Below, piece after piece: positions 33,418-44,163 of a stretch of 64,000 nt of DNA. This stretch comes from a virus: IMG/VR virus record IMGVR_UViG_3300034284_003265, positions 1 through 64,000 of that record; one strand, given 5' to 3'. The stretch's first letter is position 1. The number at the start of each line of letters is the position of its first letter. The notes beneath the pieces were generated by a model that was not told the DNA's origin, made no database searches, and saw only the letters and a program-made list of their open reading frames with translations. A program made the position numbers and the translations under genes.

Positions 33418-34791
33418 ATGCCAGTCTTATCTAATAACGGAAGATTAATTTCGAGTTTACCTATTGCGTCAAGTATAACTGGCGCCGATGAATTATTGAT
33501 TCAATCAAGCGGTGTCACTAAACGAATATATTACGCCACAATTTCTTCCAGCTTATTTTCTAGTTTGAGTTCTTATAACGGACTTGTTATATTAACAAAT
33601 GACAATAATCAGTTTACAGGCAGTTTTTACAACCCAGATTTTAAATCATCTAATTTTTATACAGTTGCGGTTAGAAATACACTGACGGGTAATACTATTA
33701 TTGCAACCTCTGGTTTTTCTGGAAATGTAACTGGCAACATAACATCTACTGGAACAAGTACATTTAGTAGTATTGATGTTAATGGAGGCGCTATAGATGG
33801 AACATCTATAGGAAATTCATCCGAATCAACTATAAAAGGAACGAGAATAAGCGCTAGTATAGGTTTCAGAGGTAATATAACGTCTATAGGAACAAGTACA
33901 TTTAGTAACATTGATGTCAATGGTGGAACTATAGATGGTACGTCTATAGGAAATTCATCCGAATCAACTATAAAAGGAACGAGAATAAGCGCTAGTATAG
34001 GTTTCAGAGGTAATATAACAGGTTCGTTAAGAGGAGATATATATAGCCAAAATGGTAACAAAGTACTAGAAAATGGCACCAGTGCAAATCCAAACGGGAA
34101 TATACCTACAGCATTTTTTTACGGAACAAGTTCATATGCTATACAAGCACTAACAGCCGCCTATGCAGCTGCTGGTGGATCAGCAATAAATGGTATACCA
34201 AGCGGCGGAACTCAGTACCAAGTTTTAACTAAAAATACTGGAACTAACTATGATGTTGGATGGATAACTCCTATTACACGAAGTAGTGTACCAAATTCAA
34301 ATTATTTAGCATTTTGGAATAATCCTACTACTTTATCAGATACGCAGATTTTATATACAACTTCTCCAAATGTTTTAACTTTTAATCCTGGTACACTGAG
34401 AGTTCAAAATATAGAAATAATAGGCAATGGCTCCATTACTGGTTCATATAGAGGCAATCCTACAGATACAAAAACTATTAGTTCATTAAACCAGGGTAGA
34501 TTTTTAAATGGGGTAAAATATGCAACACTTATACTTGAGTTAAGTCAGAGTGGAAACGTTACAATGTCATTATTGGATGGACAAACATCGACTGTTTTGG
34601 TAAAAAACAGTAATACATATACTATTCAACACTGGTCAGGTAGTTTAAATGGATCGACTGCTAATACTAAAATTTATTGGAAATCTGGCGTGGAACCATC
34701 TGTAACATCAGGCAATTTAAAACAAGATGTTTTCACATTTGTTAATGTTAAAGATAGAATTTATGGTTCTGCAATTCAGAATTTTAGTTGA
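33418..34791 (+). CDS. tail fibre-like virion protein
   Basis: ISSLP N-terminus, two 46-aa repeats (138-nt period, 33751/33889), GGTQYQVLTK motif. Confidence 0.7.
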   Translation: MPVLSNNGRLISSLPIASSITGADELLIQSSGVTKRIYYATISSSLFSSLSSYNGLVILTNDNNQFTGSFYNPDFKSSNFYTVAVRNTLTGNTIIATSGFSGNVTGNITSTGTSTFSSIDVNGGAIDGTSIGNSSESTIKGTRISASIGFRGNITSIGTSTFSNIDVNGGTIDGTSIGNSSESTIKGTRISASIGFRGNITGSLRGDIYSQNGNKVLENGTSANPNGNIPTAFFYGTSSYAIQALTAAYAAAGGSAINGIPSGGTQYQVLTKNTGTNYDVGWITPITRSSVPNSNYLAFWNNPTTLSDTQILYTTSPNVLTFNPGTLRVQNIEIIGNGSITGSYRGNPTDTKTISSLNQGRFLNGVKYATLILELSQSGNVTMSLLDGQTSTVLVKNSNTYTIQHWSGSLNGSTANTKIYWKSGVEPSVTSGNLKQDVFTFVNVKDRIYGSAIQNFS

Positions 34792-34792
34792 T

Positions 34793-35233
34793 ATGAGAAA
34801 TTTTGCATTTTGGCAACAAGTTACATCAGGTGGAGGTACCAGTTATAATTTTAGTGATTATAGTCATCCAAGTAATTTTTCAACTTGTAAAACGACGGTT
34901 AGAAATTTAATTACGGCACAAAGTTTAAGTAATATTGGAGATGATACAAAAATAGTATTACAATTTGTTGTGAATAGGTTAACTACTGTTACAAATGTAA
35001 CTAATACAAATTCTTGGGCGCCGTATGGTACAACTACAATTAATTATAATTTAACATATCCAACAAAAGATCCTGATCCTGTAGTTCCAACTGGAAATAA
35101 CATCGTTACTTTTGAAGTAAGAAAAAATTCAGATAGCTCATTAGTTGCTAATGGAACTCTTACGTTTTTAAGCAATGATGGTGCATCTGAATCTTATATA
35201 GAAATTGACTTTATTATATCACAAGTTATATAA
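34793..35233 (+). CDS. virion-associated hypothetical protein
   Basis: start set at MRNFAFW after the upstream stop. Confidence 0.6.
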   Translation: MRNFAFWQQVTSGGGTSYNFSDYSHPSNFSTCKTTVRNLITAQSLSNIGDDTKIVLQFVVNRLTTVTNVTNTNSWAPYGTTTINYNLTYPTKDPDPVVPTGNNIVTFEVRKNSDSSLVANGTLTFLSNDGASESYIEIDFIISQVI

Positions 35234-35265
35234 CTAAATTTCTTATTTAATTATACTTATAATAT

Positions 35266-35610
35266 ATGGCAATAAGTCCCTGTAACACTTTAAATGTAAA
35301 AACGCTTAGAATAAGTCAATTAGCTTCTTCTGCTATTAGTTCCAATGATGTACTGATGATTTCTCAGTATGATAGTATCAATAACGTATATTATTCTAAA
35401 AAAGCTACATTTGGAAATTTAATAACATATTTTGGTACCGTTAACGCTTCTTACAAAGGTTCGTTTACAGGTAGTTTAGACATAACATCTGGTTTGACAG
35501 GATCTAGTGTGGTTATATCACCAAGTGCTGGTACATTTTTTAATGACAATTTCTTATCTATATATTTGAATGGAAATCCATACAAAATTCCATTGTATCC
35601 AAACGTTTAA
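35266..35610 (+). CDS. fibre-like small virion protein
   Basis: ISQL N-terminus, GSFTGS, YKIPLY end. Confidence 0.65.
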   Translation: MAISPCNTLNVKTLRISQLASSAISSNDVLMISQYDSINNVYYSKKATFGNLITYFGTVNASYKGSFTGSLDITSGLTGSSVVISPSAGTFFNDNFLSIYLNGNPYKIPLYPNV

Positions 35611-35622
35611 TATTTATTATAT

Positions 35623-36774
35623 ATGCCTTTACCATGTAATAATGTCAGTGTAACTCCAATTAAAGTAAGTCAACTAGTTAGATATTCAAATTTAGACGGT
35701 GGCGATATATTGTTGACAGTAGAATCAGGTTCTTTACTTTGGTCAAGACGTAGTACTGTTAATGATTTAAAAGTTTCTATGGGAAAACTTACAGGATCGT
35801 ACTCTGGTAGTTTTACCGGAAGTTTTGTAGGAGTATCATCTGGTAGTTTTAGCGGTAGCTACTGGGGAAAAATAACTAGTAAAAATGTTAAAGCCACGGG
35901 TAGTTTTAGTGGAAGTCATTGGGGAAGTTTAATTAGCAAAAACACTAAAGCCACAGGCAGTTTTAGCGGTAGTTATTGGGGAAGTTTAATTAGCAAAAAT
36001 ACTAAAGCCACAGGCAGTTTTAGCGGTAGTTATTGGGGGGCTATAGTAAGTAAAAACATTAAAGCCACAGGTAGTTTTAATGGTACTAATAATAAATTAA
36101 GTGGCAGTTTTAGTGGCAGTTATTGGGGATCCATAAATAGTAAAAATGCTAAAGCCACCGGCAGTTTTAGTGGCACAAACAACAAACTGAGTGGCAGTTT
36201 TAGTGGCAGTTATTTTGGAAAAGTAGTTAGTAAAAATTCACTTTTAACCGGTAGTTTTAGAGGCATAGATAATATCACAAATTTTAAAAATACAGGCAAA
36301 AAAGTATCTTTTAATGGCACATCAAGTTATGCTGTAAGTAGCAGTTATGCACAAACCGCAAGTTTAATTACATCAGGTATTGGTGGATTTCCAGTTTCAT
36401 TATACAAAGAACAATTAAGTACAAACACAGTTGCTTTTTTCATAGGCGGCGGCAATGAAGGAGTCGGGACTTTTAATTTCGCAATAACACATGGTTTTGG
36501 TACTAGTCCATCTTTGGTTAGAGCTACGTTATATTGTAATAGTAATGATTTAGGATACGTAACAGGTGATGAAGTAGGAGTTGAAGTAGCTGAAGATGAC
36601 ACTGGAGGCGCCGATGATGAAAGAAACATCTTTGCGGTTTGGACAAATTCCACATATGCAGGTGTATCAATAGGAGAGTATTCAGCTGGAGTTTATATAT
36701 CACAGAAAACAGGCGGTACAAGATCTCCAATCAATCAAAATAGTTGGAAATTAAAAATTAGAGTTTGGAAATAA
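35623..36774 (+). CDS. fibre-like virion protein with tandem GSFSGSYWGSLISKNTKAT repeats
   Basis: several 19-aa (57-nt) repeats, 35840-36260. Confidence 0.75.
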   Translation: MPLPCNNVSVTPIKVSQLVRYSNLDGGDILLTVESGSLLWSRRSTVNDLKVSMGKLTGSYSGSFTGSFVGVSSGSFSGSYWGKITSKNVKATGSFSGSHWGSLISKNTKATGSFSGSYWGSLISKNTKATGSFSGSYWGAIVSKNIKATGSFNGTNNKLSGSFSGSYWGSINSKNAKATGSFSGTNNKLSGSFSGSYFGKVVSKNSLLTGSFRGIDNITNFKNTGKKVSFNGTSSYAVSSSYAQTASLITSGIGGFPVSLYKEQLSTNTVAFFIGGGNEGVGTFNFAITHGFGTSPSLVRATLYCNSNDLGYVTGDEVGVEVAEDDTGGADDERNIFAVWTNSTYAGVSIGEYSAGVYISQKTGGTRSPINQNSWKLKIRVWK

Positions 36775-36902
36775 ACTTGACATTTTTCAAAAACTAGTTT
36801 ATATATATTCTTGAATGACACAGATGTGTTATTCACTATAGTGCTCGAGTGAGGCTATTAGGTTAATAAGTTCAACAGAATTATTAAAAGAAAGGTAAAT
36901 AT

Positions 36903-37385
36903 ATGTCAGTAATTAGATACAATCCGGCGTTTCGCCATTTAAATCGTGATGAGTTTTTAACTCCATTCGATAAGTTGTTTGATGAAGTATTCACTTCACA
37001 ATTCCCAGAAATCACAAAAGAACTAGGTATAGGATTCTTTGAAAAACAAAGTTATCCCCGTGTAGATGTGATTGATTACAATGATCGTGTAGAAATTTTA
37101 GCAGAAATTCCAGGTCTGTCTAAAGAAGAAGTATCAGTTGATGTACAAGAAAACGTACTTACTATTAGCGGTCAAAAGATTCGAAAACTTGAAGATACAG
37201 ATCTACAAGATCGCAGATACATTCGTAGAGAATTAAAACATAGTAGTTTCAAACGTAGTTTTACGTTAGGCGATATCATTGATAAAGACGAACCATTGGC
37301 TAAATTTGAAAATGGTTTGTTGACAGTCACTCTTAATAAGTTGAAACCAACTGTACCGACAAGTAAGAAAGTAAAGATTGATTAA
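36903..37385 (+). CDS. small heat-shock protein (Hsp20/alpha-crystallin)
   Basis: YPRVDV, EIPGLSKEEV, RRELKHSSFKRSF, AKFENGLL. Confidence 0.93.
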   Translation: MSVIRYNPAFRHLNRDEFLTPFDKLFDEVFTSQFPEITKELGIGFFEKQSYPRVDVIDYNDRVEILAEIPGLSKEEVSVDVQENVLTISGQKIRKLEDTDLQDRRYIRRELKHSSFKRSFTLGDIIDKDEPLAKFENGLLTVTLNKLKPTVPTSKKVKID

Positions 37386-37409
37386 GTAATATTCAATCAA
37401 GGTTATATT

Positions 37410-37438
37410 AACCCCGTTATTAAATTAACGGGGTTTTT
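37410..37438 (+). terminator. intrinsic terminator
   Basis: AACCCCGTTA/TAACGGGGTT + T. Confidence 0.85.
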
Positions 37439-37460
37439 AATTTTACAGATATTTATATAT

Positions 37461-38474
37461 ATGATAAAATTTCAACATTTGGTACTATTTACTTCACTTT
37501 TGATAGCTGGATGTGCAGCTTACTTTAGTGTATATGGTATAGGACTATTATTCTCTGGCGCAACTATTGCTGCTATGGTAATGGCATCTTCTTTGGAACT
37601 CGGTAAACTTGTAACAACTTCTTGGTTATTTAGATATTGGAATAAATCCAATGTTTTGATGAAGACTTATATGATCGTAGCTATATTTGCTTTGATGGGT
37701 ATAACTTCATTGGGTATATTTGGATTTTTAACAGCGGCTTTTCAAAAGTCATCGTTAGAAACAGAATTGTCCGTAAATAAAATCTCTACATTAGAAACTC
37801 AAAAAATTGAAGAAAAGTTAAAAATGGACTCTGTAAAAAAGTCCATTGAAAAAATTTATGCATTGAGAAGTTCTCAAGAATCTAGATTAACCGAAGTGTT
37901 AACTAATACATTGATAGCTAGAAATCCTATTCAATTACAGAATATACAAAATCAAATTAATGATCAAATTGGCGACTTAAACAAACAATTGGAATCTGAA
38001 AACGAAAAGTCTAAAATATATGGAGACAAAGTTTCAAAAATCGATGAAGAAATTTTCAAGTTAAAAGTTGATAATAGTCAGAAAAAAGATATTACCACTT
38101 TTAAATTCGTAGCGGATCAATTTAGTACAACGATTCAAAATGTTGTTAAGTGGTTTATTGCTGTATTAATTGCTGTATTTGATCCATTGGCAGTTATACT
38201 ACTATTAGCATATAACATTTCTTCAAATAGAGTTTATGACGAAGAAAAATTAGAAAGTGTTCAAGAAAACAAAGATATTTCCCAAAATAAACCCGAACAA
38301 ATCATCATAGAAAAAATAGTGGAGAAGCCTGTTGAGGTTGAAAAGATTATTGAAAAACCAGTAGAAATTGAAAAAATAGTGGAGAAGCCTGTTGAGGTTG
38401 AAAAGATAGTGGAGAAAATAATAGAGAAACCTGCTAAAAAATCTACGGGTGTAAGAGGAATGTTCAGTTTTTAA
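37461..38474 (+). CDS. conserved phage membrane/coiled-coil protein with EKPVEVEKIV repeats
   Basis: AAYFSVYG...LELGKLV...VFDPLAV. Confidence 0.8.
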   Translation: MIKFQHLVLFTSLLIAGCAAYFSVYGIGLLFSGATIAAMVMASSLELGKLVTTSWLFRYWNKSNVLMKTYMIVAIFALMGITSLGIFGFLTAAFQKSSLETELSVNKISTLETQKIEEKLKMDSVKKSIEKIYALRSSQESRLTEVLTNTLIARNPIQLQNIQNQINDQIGDLNKQLESENEKSKIYGDKVSKIDEEIFKLKVDNSQKKDITTFKFVADQFSTTIQNVVKWFIAVLIAVFDPLAVILLLAYNISSNRVYDEEKLESVQENKDISQNKPEQIIIEKIVEKPVEVEKIIEKPVEIEKIVEKPVEVEKIVEKIIEKPAKKSTGVRGMFSF

Positions 38475-38523
38475 ATAAAAAAATAATTTTTCTTTATTCT
38501 ACTATATATGTAAATACACGTAT

Positions 38524-38673
38524 ATGGACGAAGAAGAAATTTTTAAATTATATAAGAATCTAAAAAGAGGATTCGATTTATCTGATTGGGACTTAGTAGA
38601 AGAATCAATTGAGTATTTAGCTGAATACATTGACTTAGGCGACGAAGACGAAACTTTTGACGAATTAAACTAA
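38524..38673 (+). CDS. small acidic protein (49 aa)
   Basis: MDEEEIFKLYKNLKRGFDLSDWDLV...; stop overlaps the next ATG. Confidence 0.55.
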   Translation: MDEEEIFKLYKNLKRGFDLSDWDLVEESIEYLAEYIDLGDEDETFDELN

Positions 38674-38987
38674 TGATATATGTTATATTGATAGCATTAT
38701 TGGCATCACTAATAGTGAATATTTTTTTATTAGTGGCCCTTAAAAAGTCTTTTGAACAAATAGACCAATTGGAGTCTTGGTTATTAGAATTCAAATTGCT
38801 TGTAAAAAATACATATAATAAGTTGAAATTTGTTGATGATCGGGGTATCTTTGTTAAAGATGATGATGTTGGCTTTTTATTTACAGATCTGCTTAATATC
38901 ATCGAACTAACGAATAAAAGAATTCAAACTGATGATAATGATAAACCCACCGCTATTAATGAAAAAAACAAAATCGAAACCTTCTAA
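38673..38987 (+). CDS. membrane-anchored hypothetical protein
   Basis: N-terminal TM; DDDVGFLF motif. Confidence 0.75.
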   Translation: MIYVILIALLASLIVNIFLLVALKKSFEQIDQLESWLLEFKLLVKNTYNKLKFVDDRGIFVKDDDVGFLFTDLLNIIELTNKRIQTDDNDKPTAINEKNKIETF

Positions 38988-39921
38988 AAAAATAAAGAAG
39001 ATCGCTGTTACTAAAGACAGTGTTAAAAAAATTAAGAAAGTAGTAAAGAAGGTTAAATCGGTAAAAAAACCTAAAATTACCATCGATATTGTTATTACAA
39101 AAAAAGAAAAAACTCCCAAGACTATTTCTAATATAGAAGTTCCAAGAACAATTCAAATAGAACATATAGCAGATAATGCCTCTGACTCACACGAAGAATC
39201 TGCTTTTGACATTAACGGAGAACGTAAAAAACGTCGTGGTAGAAATAAGAAAGAAAAGATATATTTTTCCAAGAAAACTGAAGATGCTATTATTGAATAC
39301 AACAATGAAGAAGATGAAGTAAGACGAAATGAAATTTATGAAACAAAGATAAAGTTTAGTTTTGATAAATTAGTAGAAAATATATTTAATACATTTAAAT
39401 TCACGTATTTTGACAATAGTCCATTGGAAATTCAGAAAGAAACTGTTTCACATTTAGTAACAAATATTCATAAATTTCAAGCTGGAAAAGGAAAAGCATT
39501 TAGTTATTTCAGTATTGTAGCTAAAAATTATTTGATATTTCACAACAATAACAATTATAAGAAATTCAACCAACACGTAGATATTAGTGAAACACCAAGC
39601 GAATCATCGGTTTGTTTACAAACAGAAGATGCACATCATAAAGATATTCAGACTCAAGAATTTATGAAGTTGATTGTAAATTATTGGGAAGCAAATATAA
39701 CTAAGATTTTCAATAAACAAAAAGATTTAAATATTGCATACGCCGTTATAGAACTATTCAGAAACTGTGAAAGAATAGAAAATTTCAACAAAAAAACTTT
39801 GTACCTGTATATCAGAGAATTGAGTAATTGTAAAACCCAACAAATTACAAAAGTTATCAACAAAATGAAAACATATCAAAACCTCGTAATGAGAAATTAT
39901 AGTAATAGAGGAACATTATAA
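38959..39921 (+). CDS. sigma-factor-like late transcription protein (T4 gp55-like) with Lys-rich N-terminus
   Basis: YFSKKTEDAIIEYN...KLVENI...HKF..GKGKAFSYFSIVAKNYLI resembles sigma region 2. Confidence 0.65.
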   Translation: MKKTKSKPSKKIKKIAVTKDSVKKIKKVVKKVKSVKKPKITIDIVITKKEKTPKTISNIEVPRTIQIEHIADNASDSHEESAFDINGERKKRRGRNKKEKIYFSKKTEDAIIEYNNEEDEVRRNEIYETKIKFSFDKLVENIFNTFKFTYFDNSPLEIQKETVSHLVTNIHKFQAGKGKAFSYFSIVAKNYLIFHNNNNYKKFNQHVDISETPSESSVCLQTEDAHHKDIQTQEFMKLIVNYWEANITKIFNKQKDLNIAYAVIELFRNCERIENFNKKTLYLYIRELSNCKTQQITKVINKMKTYQNLVMRNYSNRGTL

Positions 39922-39937
39922 TATCTAAATTGTTAAT

Positions 39938-39964
39938 AAAACCACTCCGATTGGAGTGGTTTTT
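39938..39964 (+). terminator. intrinsic terminator
   Basis: AAACCACTCC/GGAGTGGTTT. Confidence 0.8.
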
Positions 39965-39978
39965 CTATTTATAGGTAT

Positions 39979-40320
39979 ATGGACTTAAATTTTGAAATTT
40001 ACAAAGGGAAGAATTTTTCTGGTCTTTGTAAAGACATAGTAAAAAATTCAGAGAATAAGAAAGATCAAATTGATATTTTGATCTCAGAATTACGCACTTT
40101 AATTAAAACTGTAAATGATGCTGTAATCATCGTACCTCTTATCAAAGATTATTACGATGTGGGAATTAAAAACGACGAACAGTTAGTTAAATTAGCCGCA
40201 GTAGTACAAAGATTGGTCGCAAAAGGAGAATCTACTGGAGAAGGCAATGCTATGGTTCTCAGTGAAGATGAAAGAAAACAGTTAATGGAAGAAGTTATAA
40301 CAATTAGCAAAGGAGAATAA
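39979..40320 (+). CDS. conserved phage hypothetical protein
   Basis: VPLIKDYYDVGIKNDEQLVKLA. Confidence 0.8.
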   Translation: MDLNFEIYKGKNFSGLCKDIVKNSENKKDQIDILISELRTLIKTVNDAVIIVPLIKDYYDVGIKNDEQLVKLAAVVQRLVAKGESTGEGNAMVLSEDERKQLMEEVITISKGE

Positions 40321-42026
40321 TGAGTACGAATGTATCAAGTATAGTTAGATCGTTAAATCCTTCTACTTCAACTGTTATGAATACATCTATCAGTAATATA
40401 GATGCTAATTTTTTGAAATTGGCGGTTGTAGTTGATATTATTTTAGATGACAAACATCCATTCTTTGGAAAAACTACAACAGATAAAAATTCACAACCTC
40501 CTCCGACCGTAAGATACCAACAGATACCGGTAAATTACGATAATAAAATACCAGTGGCAACAGATACCGATTTTAGTTATATTGGAAGAGCTAAAATTCG
40601 TGTTTTAAGTGAGGAAAAACAAACTGCTTATGATAAGCTACCATGGGCTATTCCGTTGGAGAACACTATTACTCAGTTTCCATTATTAAACGAAACAGTT
40701 TTAGTTATAAAAATAGGAGATAACTATTACTACACGAAACCATTTAATCGTTTAAACTTTTTGGGTACAAATGGAGAGTTTATAACTGAAAAATCAAGTA
40801 GTGACGATGGTAAAAGTGCAATTGCATACTTACAACCCAAGAGCCGAAAAAGCTATGTAAGTCATCCAGCATTTATAAATCAAAATCAAACGGGATATTT
40901 TGGTAATTATTTTATATGTAATCCATTCATACGTAGTGTACGTCAATTTGAAGGAGATACCATAGTAGAAAGTAGGTTCGGACAATCTATAAGATTTAGT
41001 GCGTATGATGATAATCGTTCGAATGATAAAGGTGCTTATCCATCTTATGCTTTAAACGGAAATCTATTTAAAGATTCAGTTGATGGTGGATATGGAAATC
41101 CTAAACTAACTATACGCAATAGACAACGTAATATTGCTCAAAAAACCGCACAACAGTTACATCCTAAACTTCCTCCTATACCAGCTATAACTGAAAAGGA
41201 GAAGAATTATGGTGGTCAGATTGATGAAGATATAAATAATGATGGTAGTACTATTCAGTTTACCAGTGGAAATACTTTAAGTACTTGGCAAACAACTGTA
41301 TATAAAAGTATATTTGGTGTTAATAGTGAAAATAAGCCTACAGAAGAACAACCACGATTTAATCCTAAAGGATCAACATCTTTTAAATTTCCTACTTTAG
41401 ATCGTGATCAAATTGTAATAAATTCTGATAGATTAATATTAAGTAGTAGATTTGCAGAGACCCTACACTTTAGTAAAAAACGATATGCTGTAACTACCGA
41501 TAGTGAATATACAGTTGATGCTAATGATCAAGTTGTTATAACCACTAACAATGTAACTACTATAAATTCTCCACAGATATTTTTGGGTCAATATGGAGAA
41601 ACTAATGAACCTGCTTTATTGGGCCAAACAACTGTAGATTGGATGTATGATCTTTGTAATTGGTTGTTGGATCACGTACACTGGTATCATCACGTTCATC
41701 CACATCCACATGGTCACGTAGATGCTGGTAAAATTGATGCAGAAAATACGAATGATGCAAATCCAGATCAAACACAAATACCAGTACAACAAATTAAGCT
41801 TAAATTACTAAGAGATAATTTGCATAAAACGTTAAGTAGACGAGTATTCGTTACTGGAGGTGGTTATGCGCCTGGTAGTAATGGAGTTAAACCAACTGGA
41901 AGTGGTGGAGAGTGTAAAGATCCAGTAGAAATTAATACTGTTACAGGAGCTGGAGTTGTGGGTGATTTCAAAGGTAGAAATCGTCGTGAAGGTCCAGTAC
42001 AAGTTGAATTTGAATTTGAGGATTAA
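40320..42026 (+). CDS. baseplate hub/central spike protein (gp5/VgrG-like)
   Basis: OB-fold-like FPLLNETV, EGD..ESRFGQSIRF, beta-helix INSDRLIL, His-rich tip. Confidence 0.7.
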   Translation: MSTNVSSIVRSLNPSTSTVMNTSISNIDANFLKLAVVVDIILDDKHPFFGKTTTDKNSQPPPTVRYQQIPVNYDNKIPVATDTDFSYIGRAKIRVLSEEKQTAYDKLPWAIPLENTITQFPLLNETVLVIKIGDNYYYTKPFNRLNFLGTNGEFITEKSSSDDGKSAIAYLQPKSRKSYVSHPAFINQNQTGYFGNYFICNPFIRSVRQFEGDTIVESRFGQSIRFSAYDDNRSNDKGAYPSYALNGNLFKDSVDGGYGNPKLTIRNRQRNIAQKTAQQLHPKLPPIPAITEKEKNYGGQIDEDINNDGSTIQFTSGNTLSTWQTTVYKSIFGVNSENKPTEEQPRFNPKGSTSFKFPTLDRDQIVINSDRLILSSRFAETLHFSKKRYAVTTDSEYTVDANDQVVITTNNVTTINSPQIFLGQYGETNEPALLGQTTVDWMYDLCNWLLDHVHWYHHVHPHPHGHVDAGKIDAENTNDANPDQTQIPVQQIKLKLLRDNLHKTLSRRVFVTGGGYAPGSNGVKPTGSGGECKDPVEINTVTGAGVVGDFKGRNRREGPVQVEFEFED

Positions 42027-42029
42027 TAT

Positions 42030-43670
42030 ATGGCATTACAAGTAGTAGACATATTTGGCAATTTACAACCAGCAACTGGAAGAACTTTTCCAAAAAACTC
42101 TTTGGAAATAATTCCATATTTTAACAAATATAAAACCGGTGTTGGAGCTGTATTTAAAATAAATCCACAGGGCACATCTGTTAGTGATGATAATAAAATA
42201 AAGCCAGAGTCCTATCAATCGTTATATGAATTTTATAGTCCTACTGAATTATTGAATAATGGATATGCACAAATTGGAGATAATAAGTATATTAAAATTT
42301 ATAAAAAATACGATAGAACTTTTCAATTTTTTCAAAATTATTTTACAGAAACTTATACGCCAAAATCAGGAGGAACTCCTAAAATAAACGTATTCGTCGA
42401 TTTGGAGAAATATCCAATATTTAATGAAAGCATAGGCGATAGACTTTCTTGTTTAGCACAATATGATTCTATCAAATCTTCGACACTATCCAATACACAA
42501 CTTGGTTTTAGACGATTTTTTAACGTTCAAGCATTCAACTGGCCAACTGTTACAGACGCATTCAATTACGAATTTTCGTATAATCGATCATTAAATAGTG
42601 TTAAAGCTGACGTAAATTATATATTTGAAGAAATTAAAAATAAAGTTTCTTCGGGTCAACTTGATAAGAAACTAGTACCAGATTGCTTTTTACCTGATCC
42701 TGATCCAGCATTACCAGGACCTCCTACACAAGCAATTAATGGTGTAGCAAATAAAGCTCCTGTAGTAGATAATCCTAATTTAAAACTACCGTCCCAAGAA
42801 GTAAAGGGGTTAGACGCAAATGCAGCACAACAAGCAGCATCACAAGCGCAAGGCGCAGCAAGTAATGCTGCATCTCAAGTACAAAGTGCGGCCGGTGGAT
42901 TGACTAGCCAAGTACAAGGCGTCGCTGGTCAAGCTCAAGGTGCAATTGGTGGTGCTCAAGAATCAGCAGGAGGCGTGCTTAGTAATTTATCATCCGGAGT
43001 TAAAGGTGCAATTGGAGGAGGAGCTTTAGGAGCTGGTATTGGAGCATTAGCCGGTGGCGGTAAAGGAGCATTAATAGGAGCCGGTGCTGGATTGGTTGCG
43101 GGTGGTGTAGCTGGTAAAGTATTTGATAAACTAAATCCTAAAGGTATTAAACCAGATGGGTTGGGTAAGGATTGGTCTCCAGATAAGTTTAGTCCTGAAT
43201 CTATAGCTGGAAATGATAAATTTGTAAATGCTAAAACAGGTATGGTTGAATCTACGTCTGAATTAGCTAAAGGATTAAAAGGTGGATTGTTAGGTGGTGC
43301 TCTTGGAGCCGGTATTGGAGCATTAGCCGGTGGTGGTAAGGGAGCATTAATAGGTGGATTAAGTGGTACTGCACTTGGTACCGGATTATCTGTTGGAGGT
43401 GTAACAGGAGGAGCTTTAGCAGGTGGTGGGTTAGGGGCCGGAATCGGAGGAATAGTGGGAGGTGGAAAAGGAGCTGTAATTGGTGCCGTTTCAGGAGGAG
43501 CAGTTGGGGCGGCTGCAGCTAAATTAGCGAGTGTACAAAAAGGAATGCCTAAACCAAATATACCAAAACCACCTAGTACACCACGCATCAAGACAGTCAA
43601 AATACCAAGACCATCAAATCCAAAAGGTGCAACAGATTTATTAAATTTACCTAAATCTCCGTTGGGTTAA
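42030..43670 (+). CDS. glycine-zipper repeat protein
   Basis: GGALGAGIGALAGGGKGALIG repeats. Confidence 0.75.
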   Translation: MALQVVDIFGNLQPATGRTFPKNSLEIIPYFNKYKTGVGAVFKINPQGTSVSDDNKIKPESYQSLYEFYSPTELLNNGYAQIGDNKYIKIYKKYDRTFQFFQNYFTETYTPKSGGTPKINVFVDLEKYPIFNESIGDRLSCLAQYDSIKSSTLSNTQLGFRRFFNVQAFNWPTVTDAFNYEFSYNRSLNSVKADVNYIFEEIKNKVSSGQLDKKLVPDCFLPDPDPALPGPPTQAINGVANKAPVVDNPNLKLPSQEVKGLDANAAQQAASQAQGAASNAASQVQSAAGGLTSQVQGVAGQAQGAIGGAQESAGGVLSNLSSGVKGAIGGGALGAGIGALAGGGKGALIGAGAGLVAGGVAGKVFDKLNPKGIKPDGLGKDWSPDKFSPESIAGNDKFVNAKTGMVESTSELAKGLKGGLLGGALGAGIGALAGGGKGALIGGLSGTALGTGLSVGGVTGGALAGGGLGAGIGGIVGGGKGAVIGAVSGGAVGAAAAKLASVQKGMPKPNIPKPPSTPRIKTVKIPRPSNPKGATDLLNLPKSPLG

Positions 43671-43687
43671 TAATTATATATAATAGT

Positions 43688-44158
43688 ATGAAAATAGAAG
43701 TATTAAAAGAATTCATCAAGAAAACGGTACAACAAGAAGTACGTAATGTAATACACTCTGAAATTAAACTTCAATTGGCAGAAATATTTTCCAAAGAAGT
43801 TGGTCAGAATAAGAAAAAGTCATCTGAATCTGACTTGGAACAACAAATTCTCAAAGAGTTGGAAACTATGGATGATGTTCAAGTTATCGAAGAGGAAGTT
43901 AAACCGGTCAAAAAGTTTGTAAAATATACAAACAATCCAATGTTGAATGATATTTTGAATCAAACTACAGGCGGAGTACCACAAGAAGGTGGTTTGGTTA
44001 GTATGATGGGAGGACTTGGCGGTGGATCAACACAAGTAATTGCGGAAGCAAAAGCTCCAGAGAATGCTCCTGAACCAGTAAAAAGTGTTTATAGTGCTAT
44101 GAATAGAGATTATAGATCACTAATGAAAGCGGTAAACAAAAAACGTGGCGACAAGTAA
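43688..44158 (+). CDS. conserved phage hypothetical protein
   Basis: NPMLNDILNQT...RDYRSLMKA. Confidence 0.75.
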   Translation: MKIEVLKEFIKKTVQQEVRNVIHSEIKLQLAEIFSKEVGQNKKKSSESDLEQQILKELETMDDVQVIEEEVKPVKKFVKYTNNPMLNDILNQTTGGVPQEGGLVSMMGGLGGGSTQVIAEAKAPENAPEPVKSVYSAMNRDYRSLMKAVNKKRGDK

Positions 44159-44163
44159 AATAA

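Noticed and set aside
33751-36260. Repeats in fibre genes as diversity-generating retroelement TR/VR
   Set aside because: In-frame tandem protein repeats with mostly synonymous differences; no reverse transcriptase in the window.
36813-36870. Hairpins upstream of hsp20 as a CIRCE operator or RNA thermometer
   Set aside because: Does not match TTAGCACTC-N9-GAGTGCTAA and does not sequester the ribosome-binding site.
29820-43600. Antisense Gly/Pro-rich ORFs (29820-30071, 30579-30776, 42956-43600)
   Set aside because: Mirror frames of collagen-like and glycine-zipper repeats.
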